Shown here: positions 46,363-57,834 of the stretch, in pieces
How the letters are laid out: each line of letters starts with the position of its first letter
How positions within the stretch are numbered: position 1 is the first letter of the stretch
NCBI GenBank assembly: GCA_964035545.1
Contig: OZ037771.1
Span: forward strand, 1-64,000
Reading direction: 5' to 3'
DNA: 64,000 bases
From: Bugula neritina
Taxonomy: Eukaryota > Animalia > Bryozoa
The notes under the pieces: generated by a model
The model's database searches: none
The model's input: the letters and a program-made list of their open reading frames with translations, nothing else
What the model was told of the DNA's origin: nothing
Made by a program: the position numbers and the translations under genes

Positions 46363-48647
46363 TTATTAGTGATTACTAAGTCTAATACCAGCAATCAACA
46401 ACTCAAAAATTAACATTCAGTTTCACAGCTGACTGCCGCAATTGCACGGCAACCATAAACTTAAAGCTAAGCAAACCCAAACTGTGATTGTCACATTGAC
46501 TGGTGGGTGATCTTATGGCTATCACTACGATTATCATTATGACTATCATAATCACAATGATAATGTGAAACCGCAGTGAAACACTTTGAGTTTCATCTTC
46601 CTTGACAGTGGTGAGTTGAGAATTGGGTATAACATCAACTATAACTAAAACTTTATCCTTTAGACTTATGCTTATACCTGTAGTATTAGTATAAGTATTA
46701 CTAGTAGTATCAGTATGACTATGAGTATTACTATTACTATTACTATTGCCTACTAGTACTAGTGTTACTATTAGTAATACTAATACTAATAGTCTAATAG
46801 TAATACCAATAGTAATCAATACTAATAGTAATACTATTACTATTAGTACTAAGACTAAGAGTAAGTATTTAGTAATACTAATACTAATACTAATAGTAAT
46901 AGTAATACTAATACAGTAATACTAATACTAATAGTAATAGTAATACTAATAGTAATAGATAAATGCATCGCTATAAGTATAAGTACTAGTAGAATAATCA
47001 TAATGACATTTATAAATAACTGGACAGTATCAATAGTTATAGTATCATAATTAGTATGAGCATAAATGTAAAATTAATCGGTCACATTCAATTTCACTGT
47101 TGGTCGATCATATTCACTATGATTTCCAAGCCGTAGTCAAAGTGAAAGCGAAAGCTATGGGTTAAAATAGTATTTCAAATATCGTTAAATGCAGCACAAA
47201 GATTGAGACTTTAGGATGTGAGGTTGAAAGTTGGGGCGAGATGTTTCAATGAACAAGCGTTCAATGGTCCCGAGAGTTGCGCTAAACCTAGCGATTCCCA
47301 AACATGTTCATATTCACTTATAGATATACTGCAATTAAAAAGTTGCAGAAAATAACTTTATTATTATTATTTCAGGTATATGCCGTTATATTATATTATT
47401 CGGTAGCTTTCTTATTATTACATTAATTCTAAGTCTACTATCAAAACAATTAGACTTAATAGCATTACCAATTCCTTACCTGAATAAAAATCGTAGAACT
47501 AGAGAATTACACGGTGATGGTCTTTTGAATAGAAATATGGTAGCGTAAATTAAAGCTATTACTATTGTACATTGTAAGACAAACTGCAATCTAATTGGGC
47601 TATAGTGCAACCTACTGAATCTATATTCTATTTCGGTGGTCATACTCTTTGCTTAGCCTAATTTTTGGCTTTACCTTCAGCCTACTACAGATCTACAATG
47701 TACCAATTCGTCCGTAACTGATCACGTGGTTAAACACCACGCCTTCCTACTTTCAGGTCATACAAAGGGTTAAAGGGCATATATCACGCTGGGTCAAACA
47801 CAGAATTGCGTATCAACAGACAACATTTCCCCAGCTAGTAGCTGTATCCAGGCTTGATAGCCATTATTAATGTATCTATTAAATCACTGAGTAATTGTAT
47901 GTATCAGGTGGAAGATCTAAAAAGAATATAAGTTCTCCCCTTAGTCATCCCTCACAGGTGATCTCTGACACATGCCCCCTTGTTTGGCCTCAGTACCCAG
48001 TCTTAACTTGAGACGAAAGTCGCTAGTTGCCATTTGTGTATGCCATTTGCTCACATCTTGAAATATGCTTCATGTCGGACTGCAACTATTGCTTCATATT
48101 CCTATATTTTATTATTTGTCGAAGCTGTTCCCCAGTATAACTGAAAATGTGCCATTAGTTGGGTTATGGTGCCAATAATATAATCTATATAATTTATACT
48201 CAGTAATTTTCTTTACACTTTTGATTTATGTTTTAACGCTATATTTATCACACATTATAAAGCTATGTTACACTCCGAATACAGCTATATCATTTACCTT
48301 AGCAACTATACAGTACAAGTAGCTCTAATTCAAGAACATGGTGTATGTTGTCTACTATGTGGCACCTAGAACTGCAGTGTGGCTAAATCAACTTCAATTC
48401 TGCATAAAATAAAACAAGTGAACTCAAGATAAAGCAAATTTATTAACAGTAAAATTAAATTTCAGTACCACAGGGTGATGACAGCAAAACTGATAGTAAC
48501 AAGTGTAAGTATTTTATTTTGTTCTAATCACAGTGATGAGAAAACTAAAAACTATAATTAAGTGTGTGCCAGGAAAGTAATGTTGAAGTGATATGTAAAA
48601 AAACAACTATTCAAGAAAAGGAGTCAATAGAGAGAGAGAGCAACCCT

Positions 48648-48720
48648 ACAGTAAACTCATACATACAGCATACAGTAAACTCATACATACAGCATACAGT
48701 AAACTCATACATACAGCATA
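48648..48720. repeat. 24-bp tandem repeat x3
   Basis: ACAGTAAACTCATACATACAGCAT units. Confidence 0.9.
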
Positions 48721-49542
48721 GAAACTTCACATATGAAAAATATAATTTAACTGATATAATAGAGAAACAATACTATTTTGGCAAGCTAATGGGAGTTGTC
48801 TTTCTTCAGAAACAAAGTACACAAGGGCAAAGAAAACATGGCATGTAATACTCAGAAGAAAATAATGTTTTATAATACTGAACAGTTATTTTTTACACCA
48901 TAACGTAACTGATGATAATTTGAAGGCTAAATGAAAGTGTTGTGAGTGACGGTGTGAAACTTTGAGAAGAAATCAATTATTTATAACTGGGCACCTGATT
49001 TAATTGAATAATAAGATTTCCTAGATTCATTTTCAGGGCATTTCTCTAAATCAAGCTTTTTTTAGTTTTATCTGTGTACAATGTGTCTGGAAGAAAACAA
49101 ATCTAAAAAACCTTTAGGAAAAATAATGAAACCAGTTGCCTAGGGAATGTGTGCAATAAAAAGGGTCTCTAGTGGCTAAATAAGACTAATATCACCAAAA
49201 AGCTTTGGACTACAACAAAAATACTGAACAACTACAATTTTAATAAAGTTGCAAAACTGGTAATTATTCAGTTCACTTGACAAATGCATAGTGAGCAAAG
49301 TTTAGTGTCGGAAACATAAATAAATTATAAAGAAACAACAATTGCTACTGAAACCTTGATAGGTTAAAATTAACCTATGTACAAGTTACAAGATAATGTG
49401 CTAACATTGACTAAGCCAATAAATAATGCTCGGCTATACATGATATCTCAACAGTGGTACCACATAATGCCACTGGTAAAACCTCATTGCATTTAGTGTT
49501 TTCTGAAAATTGAAGATTATTGAATATACAAGAAATATCAAA

Positions 49543-52500
49543 TTACTTTTTTGAATACTGTTTTGTAATCTTGTCTTGACTAGATTTGGTGAGCTGTTTG
49601 AGGTATGCAGATGGTATATCACCACATTCTTTATAAACTATCTGTAGATTAAAATAAACAGGTAATTTAAAGTAACAGAGAAAGTTGAGTAAAGCTGGTG
49701 AGAAAAAAGAGTGAGACTGAGTGAGTGAGACTGAGTGGGTGAGACTGAGACAGTGACACTGAGTGAGTGAGACTGAGTGAGTGAGACTGAGTGAGTGAGA
49801 CTGAGTGAGTGACACTGAGAGAGTGAGACTGAGTGAGTGAGTGAGTGAGACTGAGAGAGAGTGAGACTGAGTGAGTGAGACTGAGAGTGAGTGACACTGA
49901 GTGAGTGAGACTGAGTGAGTGAGACTGAGTGAGTGAGACTGAGTGAGTGACACTGAGTGAGTGAGACTGAGTGAGTGAGACTGAGTGAGTGGGACTGAGA
50001 GAGTGAGACTGAGTGAGTGAGACTGAGTGAATGAGACTGAGTGAGTGAGACTGAGTGAATGAGACTGAGTGAGTGAGACTGAGAGAGTGAGACTGAGTGA
50101 GTGAAACTGAGTGAGTGAGACTGAGTGAGTGAGACTGAGAGAGTGAGACTGAGAGAGTGAGACTGAGAGAGTGAGACTGAGTGAGTGAGACTGAGTGAGT
50201 GAGACTGAGTGAATGAGACTGAGTGAGTGAGACTGAGAGAGTGAGACTGAGTGAGTGAAACTGAGAGAGTGAGACTAAGTGAGTGACACTGAGAGAGTGA
50301 GACTGAGAGAGTGAGACTGAGTGAGTGAGACTGAGTGAGTGAGACTGAGTGAGTGAGACTGAGAGAGTGAGACTGAGAGAGTGAGACTGAGTGAGTGAAA
50401 CTGAGTAAGTGAGACTGAGTGAGTGAGACTGAGTGAGTGACACTGAGTGAGTGACACTGAGAGAGTGAGACTGAGTGAGTGACACTGAGTGAGTGAGACT
50501 GGGTGAGTGAGACTGAGTGAGTGAGACTGAGTGAACGAGTGAGTGAGGCTGAGTGAGACTGAGAGAGAGTGAGTCAGCGAGGCTGAGTAAGACTTACTAA
50601 AAATGTTAGACTGGATGACTGTCAAATGAGTTATTAACTGAGATGAGAAGTGAATATTTCAACTAAAGCGAATGTATGTACTAAGTGAACGCTTACTTGA
50701 CTATACGACTTGCACAGTAAAATCATAAGTTGCAGTGACTAGTAGATCAACTTGCCTGCATAAAGTTATGACTGTACCAAGTATACGTGTCCCGAGTAAC
50801 TGTTTGAAATGCTTCCATCACATGATCAATAGTAGTGCCTGATACTATATTAACTTCCCCTTTCTTGAGCAAAGTGAGGGCAACTCTAAATAATAACTTT
50901 CTTCCTTCATTGAAAAATGCATCCCATATTCGCAGTACAGTCTACAATTAAATATACATACTAAATCTACAAATATGCGTCTAGATATATACATACTATA
51001 TCTACAAATATGTGTCTAGATATATACATGCTACATCTACAAATATATGTCTAGATATATACAGTGCTGTGAAAAAGTTTAAGGACGCCTCCCTGTTTTC
51101 CATGATAGCAATGTTCCAAGCTAATTTTAAGACATAACTAAAGCATTTCCATAGGCATGGTGCCTATCAAAATGATCCTTAAGATCTCCTTATCTCATTC
51201 ATATAAATTATAAGTGTCTCTTTTTACATCCTCCAAAAATTTGGGTGAAACAATGAGGTACTATCTGTATATAGGAATTATTCGATGCTCTCGCAATTTG
51301 TGTGTACTGTATGACATCAGAATATTTTACTTAAAATATAGAAAAATAACATATGTGATTTGTTATACACCTTATAGCAGCATTGCAACACACAGTGCAC
51401 TCAATTTTAGTATCAATATTTTGTTGGCCAGCCTTTATTCTTAATCACAAGTCGGCAGTGACGAGGCATCGACTTACAGTACAGCTTCTCCAACTCGTTT
51501 TCAGTCACCACATGATGCCATGCATGAATTACAGGCTCTAGGAGTGTCACCTTAGTTGTTGGCTTTTGTGAGGAGACTATTTTAGCCATTTTTGACCATA
51601 ATTTGTTTATAGGATTCAAGTCAGGGCTTCGTGCTGGCCAGTTGAGCGTTGAGACCCTCTGCTTTTTCATCCACTCTTCAATAGTCTTCACCCGATGGCA
51701 TGGTGCATTGTCATCTTGAAATATGTAGATTTTATTTAAAAAAACTTTTCATAATTGCAAGAAGTTTAGCATTGAGATTATCTATATATTTTTGGGTATT
51801 AACATCATTCCAAAGCAAATACTGAGTCGACCTGCACTTTTTGATGTTATACAACCCCAGAACATAACACTGATTATAGAGTGCCTAATTGTTGTAAGTA
51901 TACATTGACGGCTATATTTCTCATACTGGTATCTTTTAACACAACAGTTTCTAGCATGATTGTTCACATTAAATATGGATTCATCTAAAAAAATTACTTT
52001 TTTTCTAATCATTCACTGTCTAATTACTATGCTTCCTGGCCCACCGTAACCGGCTTTTTTGTTGCTTCTCGGTTGGTAGAGGCTTCCTCTTGTTTTGCGG
52101 CCATGTAAACCATGGCTCAGCAATTTTGCCTTATCAGGGATGTCGAAGCTAGTGTTCTTGTTGATTCTGACTATTCCTTGCCTACTCAAGACTTGTTGTA
52201 TGGCGATCTTTCTTGCTGATCCTAATGAGAACCTCGTCATCTCTGGAAGTGCTTATTTTTGGTCGGCCATTTTCAGGTCCATCTGCTACACTACCAGTGT
52301 CTATAAACTTCTTGATAATTTGATGTACAGTTGTCTTTACTTTGCCAATTTTGTCAGGTATTTTCCTAATTGAAAAACCTTCTTTGTGCAAGAAAATTAT
52401 TACAAACCTTGCCTCTGAAGGAAGATTTACAGCTCTCCTTTACTCTATGCGCAGCACCCAGGTGGACACCATGTAAAAGCTCACAACTAAATGACAGATT

Positions 52501-55500
52501 TTAAATTATAAAAGGAAGTCATACTTTATGATATCATGATGCCATGCACAAAGTCAAATTTCACTATTTAGCCTTTTGTGGTTATAAAAGTCGATAAACT
52601 TTGGTTACATAAAAATACAGGAGTTGCGCTTCCCTAGCTGCTTGTGCAGTTGGCCTAAAAATGGGTGGAAAACATCACAACAGTAAGAATTTATAAGGTG
52701 AAAATTGTAGAGCACATTCTAAGGGTCATTTTGATATATAGAACTTGCAGGAAAATATTAGGAACTTACAAAAAATGCCTATTAAACAAGATACATAGAA
52801 ATTTCTGCAAGCGTCCTTAAACTTTTTCACACCACTGTACATGCTATATCTACAAATATATGTCTAGATATATACATGCTTTATCTACAAATATGTATCT
52901 AGATATATACATGCTAATCTACAAATATGTGTGTAGATATATACATACTATATCTACAAATATGTGTCTAGATATATACATGCTTTATCTACAAATATGT
53001 ATCTAGATATATACATGCTAATCTACAAATATGTATCTAGATATATACATACTATATCTACAAATATGTGTCTAGATATATACATGCTTTATCTACAAAT
53101 ATGTATCTAGATATATACATGCTAATCTACAAATATGTGTCTAGATATATACATGCTATATCTACAAATATGCGTCTAGATATATACATGCTATATTTAC
53201 AAATATAAAACTTGAGAAAGGATAGACTGAGCTCCTACAGAACATGTACCTCAATTGGAAGAGTGTCAATAAAGAGGCAAACAAACCATTTGGTACACAC
53301 AAATCCCCAGTCTATTTTCTGCAGCACCATGAGATGGTCAACATTGGGCAGATGTTCCCTGAAACATGTACCAAGTAGTAAATATACCTGAAACACGTAC
53401 CAAGTAGTAAATATACCTGTAACACGTACCAAGTAGTAAATATACCCGTAACACGTACCAAGTAGTAAATATACCTGTAACACGTACCAAGTAGTAAATA
53501 TACCTGTAACATGTACCAAGTAGTAAATATACCTGTAACACGTACCAAGTAGTAAATATACCTAAGATTTATGAAATACTTGACTTACTTGACCAGACTT
53601 GACAGTACATCGAGATCTACTTGTAGACCTTTCATAGCGATAGGACCTCGTACATAGTAATCTAGAAGAAGTCAATGTAATATAATGTATCATAGTAATA
53701 GAATACTAACCTGATAGCAAGTGTATGGTGAGAGAGTATATTATACTAATAGTAATAGAATACTAACCTGATAGCAAGTGTATGGTGAGAGAGTATATTA
53801 TACTAATAGTAATAGAATACTAACCTGATAGCAAGTGTATGGTGAGAGAGTATATTATACTAATAGTAATAGAATACTAACCTGATAGCAAGTGTATGGT
53901 GAGAGAGTATATTATACTAATAGTAATAGAATACTAACCTGATAGCAAGTGTATGGTGAGAGAGTATATTATACTAATAGTAATAGAATACTAACCTGAT
54001 AGCAAGTGTATGGTGAGGGCATTAAGAAGCCAGAAAGTCTTGTGATCGTCTCTCAACACAAGTAACATGATGGCAGCCACATAATTTAACCCCTGGATAA
54101 TATTACAGCTATATTATATGATATTACAGCTATATTATATGATATTACAGCTATATTATATGATATTACAGCTATATTATATGATATTACAGCTATATTA
54201 TATGATATTACAGCTATATTATATGATATTACAGCTATATTATATCATATTACAGCTATATTATATCACATTACAGCTATATTATATGATATTACAGCTA
54301 TATTATATCATATTACAGCTATATTGTATCATATTGCAGCTATATTATATCATATTACAGCTATATTATATGATATTACAGCTATATTATATCATATTAC
54401 AGCTATATTGTATCATATTACAGCTATATTATATCATATTATAGCTATATTATATCATATTACAGTTATATTATATCATATTACAGCTTGATTATATCAT
54501 ACAGCATACAGCATTCTGCTATATTACAGTTATGCCATATCCTGCAGCATATATTACTAAATACCTGGCAATATCCAATTTGAGGATTTTGTACTGCAAA
54601 CGCAAGTAACACACGCCTTAAGCCTGGTCTAAGACTCGGTTCCGTAGAAACATCTTTATAGTAAATATTTTGAGGGAATGTGCGGGGTATGTCTACAAGT
54701 ATTACTATATTATTAGTAAGTATAACTATATTATCAGTGAGTATTACTATATTATCAGTAAGTATTACTATATTATCAGTGAGTATAACTATACTATCAG
54801 TGAGTATTACTATACTATCAGTGAGTATTACTATATTATCAGTGAGTATTACTATATTATCAGTAAGTATAACTATACTATCAGTGAGTATTACTATATA
54901 TTATCAGTGAGTATTACTATATTATCAGTAAGTATTACTATATTATCAGTGAGTATTACTATATTATCAGTGAGTATTACTATATTATCAGTGAGTATTA
55001 CTATATTATCAGTACTACTAAGTTAGTAACACTGAAGCATACTGCACTTCTACACCAATTAGTATATCACCAGCTTAGTATTGCGTGGCACTCATTGGTA
55101 TTGCTAGTGTTACATAACAACAACATGAGGCAAGCTGTGCTATGATTATAAGTAAGGTAATAGAGTGTCAAGGAGTGACACACCGATGTCAATAGCTTCC
55201 ACTACATCACCAGGTGGTAACTTTGATTGCAGCTGCATGTAGAGGTCAGGGTTTGCTTTCATCATCAGCTTTGCTCCAGATACCTTCATCCACATCTGAT
55301 AATGTATTACTAAACATTACCAATGAAATACTTAACCAAATACAGCAAAATAGAATGCACAGCAAAGAGCTGATGTTCAAATAAAACATACGTGTAAAAG
55401 ACATACCATTGGACGATATTCATTTGGTATTCCTTTACGAATAAACCGCTTCACTACAATATGTGAATATACGGTATGTGAATATACAGTATGTGAATAT

Positions 55501-55738
55501 ACAGTATGTGAATATACAGTATGTGAATATACAGTATGTGAATATTTTACATGACCTGCGTACATTTAGCACTGTTATATTTGTTTTCACCAAAACGAAG
55601 GAAAGACTGCCATCTCTGTGAACGCTTAGCAAGTATTTTAAAATACTCAGACTGTGATTGTTCATACAGTCTAAAATCTGATTCCCTCTCTATGGTGAAA
55701 CCAAGATGGTCTATAGCGGGTCTGTATGTAGATGACAT
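49543..55738 (-). CDS. GRTP1: Growth hormone-regulated TBC protein 1 (TBC1D6)-like RabGAP (~341 aa, 9 exons)
   Basis: Exons 55738-55564, 55453-55407, 55295-55184, 54692-54565, 54092-53996, 53661-53589, 53358-53250, 50941-50756, 49641-49543 join in frame. LKRFIRKGIP, DIPRTFP (Arg finger), GYCQGLNY (Gln finger), KWFVCLF, ETVLRIWDAFFNEG. Last intron is GC-AG. Confidence 0.9.
49709..50575. repeat. 14-bp (CTGAGTGAGTGAGA)n minisatellite (GRTP1 intron 8)
   Basis: Tandem units; these explain the SLTHS ORFs. Confidence 0.95.
51062..52837 (-). mobile_element. Tc1/mariner DNA transposon, full-length but decayed
   Basis: 27-bp TIRs CAGTGCTGTGAAAAAGTTTAAGGACGC / GCGTCCTTAAACTTTTTCACACCACTG with TA TSD. 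Frameshifted transposase: HTH...GRPKIST, IFLDES, VMFWGCI, FQDDNAPCH, WPARSPDLNPINKLW. Confidence 0.95.
51413..52450 (-). pseudogene. Tc1 DD34E transposase pseudogene
   Basis: Split over several frames; the catalytic Glu of SPDLNPIE reads Asn. Confidence 0.88.
53359..53561. repeat. 29-bp GT...AG minisatellite x7 (GRTP1 intron 6)
   Basis: Sense unit GTATATTTACTACTTGGTACGTGTTACAG. Confidence 0.95.
53692..54017. repeat. 57-bp exon-end+donor minisatellite (GRTP1 intron 5)
   Basis: Sense unit GTTAGTATTCTATTACTATTAGTATAATATACTCTCTCACCATACACTTGCTATCAG x5. Confidence 0.95.
54099..55545. repeat. Intronic minisatellites of GRTP1 introns 4, 3 and 1 (54099-54500, 54698-55015, 55459-55545)
   Basis: 21-bp ATATTACAGCTATATTATATG; 21-bp GTGAGTATTACTATATTATCA; 15-bp ATGTGAATATACAGT. 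Confidence 0.92.
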
Positions 55739-57469
55739 AATTGTAGCCACATGTGATCACCGCCTTGAGTTACACCAGAGTACCAGATGACAAGGGAACA
55801 GGTCTTATTGGTCTCCTCTTTGCTATAATCCCTGAGACTGTAAATGCAACTGCAACAGTAAGATTTAAAAGATAATATTTTTTAATGAAAATCAGCACAA
55901 TAGTCAAAATGTTCTGCTCATCAATTACAACAGCACTTGGTGCACAGTCAAAGGTCATTAATTACAACAGCACTTGGTGCATAGTCACAGGATACGTAAC
56001 ATTGTGAGTGTAAGGAAAATCTGAGTAGTTGACATAAACATTATTATAATATTGATATATTATCATTATGATAACTTGACCATTATAAATCATTTTTATG
56101 AGTATTGTTATCACTACAAGTATCACCAAGAGCATCACTATGAGTATTAGTATGATGATGAATTTAAACGAGTTAATCATAATTATAATGGTAATATAAT
56201 TATTATTATTAATAATAATATAAAACCTATCATAATATTAACATTTTTATTACGATATCATTATGATCATCCTAATATTGAATTACCATTGTGATTTAAC
56301 ATACTAATACTTACTAGTAAGTTAAATACTTAGGCCTATTGGTAAATTGCCATACTGATAATATTATTTAAAATTATTATAAATTTAATTTTTTTATTTC
56401 AAGTTATAAATAACTGATTAATCACAATCGTAATGACAATAATTATAACAATTCTAAGCAATTCTAAGCACAATCTGCTAGTTAATTATGATAATTCACA
56501 ATGATAATATAAATGAGCAAATGTAATGAGCAATAAGTAATGACTTATGAGAATTAGCTACAGTATGTACTCAAAGAATAAGTCCATATCACGTGAAGAA
56601 GGGGGTCCATTATAAATATAGCTGTTGGTGATATTATTAACTATTAGTATTATTAAATTTAATATAAATATTATTACTACTAGTATTACCTAAAACTTTA
56701 AAGCTAAAATCAAACTTTTAGTTTTAATTAAAATTGTTTTAACTTCAAAGTTAAAAATTAAATTTAACTTAACAAGCTACAGTTAAACTTTATGTTAAAC
56801 TTATAGTCATACTCTACAACTTATAGTAACAGTTAGTGTTACAGTTATAACATTAACTCACAGTTGATAATGGGTTACTAATATTAAGTTTAACTCTTAC
56901 TTTAAAGTTTAAATTAACTTCAAGTGTAAACCATATTATTATTAATAACTATAATAAAAACAAGATGATGATCATGATATTGAATTTGATAATATTTAAC
57001 ATAAATTAAAACAATAACTATAAGACTTAGCATATTTTACTTTACAATTATTAATAACTTCATTAGAATATCAATAAGTACTAAGAGTGGATCTACTTCT
57101 ATACTAAGACACTACTAGTAATAGTAACACTATACTAATACTAATACTAATAGCAATACTAATGGTTCTACCACTGGCACTACTAGTACTACTACTAGTA
57201 CTACTACTAGTACTAGTACTACTACTAGTAGTAGTAGTCTAAGTATTATTTTAAGATAATCGTAATCATGATTATGAAGATGAATAGAACAGCATCTACA
57301 ATAATAATTAATAAGTACTTAGTATACAGGTAAGTAATAAAGTGTAAGTATAACTATCGCCAAGCATTTTAAGTTCATATACTGGAGGAAGGCGGTAGGC
57401 GTGTGAAGGTTTCTGTTCTAATCCATGAACTGGAATTATTCTAGTCCAGTAGTACTAGGTTACAGGATG

Positions 57470-57610
57470 GTTCTATAAGCAGCTCCGAGTAGGTAGCGAA
57501 TGTGTGCAGTAGTTCGGGGTCTGACGTTTGAAGCTACTTCCCCAACTCCAAACTTGAGGTTTCCAAACTACTGCACTCATTCACCACCAACTTGAAGCTG
57601 CTTATAGAAC
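57470..57610. other. ~140-bp imperfect palindrome (MITE-like or structured RNA) upstream of MED27
   Basis: GTTCTATAAGCAGCT...GTGCAGTAGTT / AACTACTGCAC...AGCTGCTTATAGAAC inverted arms. Confidence 0.7.
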
Positions 57611-57834
57611 TATTTAGGATGACGAAACCTGCTGTTTTAGCCCGTAAATTCATTAAGTGTATTGATGCGAAGCTCCATTAATGGCTCGTAGGTTTGAACA
57701 ACTAGATAATATACTTTGCTAGATTACAACGATTTCAATTATTCATGTTTTCAAAAAAGTCGGTGTAAACTTGAAATATAACTGAAAGTAAAAAATTAAT
57801 TATAAGAACTTTCACATTTATTAGAAATATTATT

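Larger units (their letters stand above)
50941..53206. repeat. 35-bp minisatellite (GRTP1 intron 7) split by the Tc1 insertion
   Basis: TCTACAAATATGTGTCTAGATATATACATGCTATA at ~50941-51061 and 52838-53206. Confidence 0.9.
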
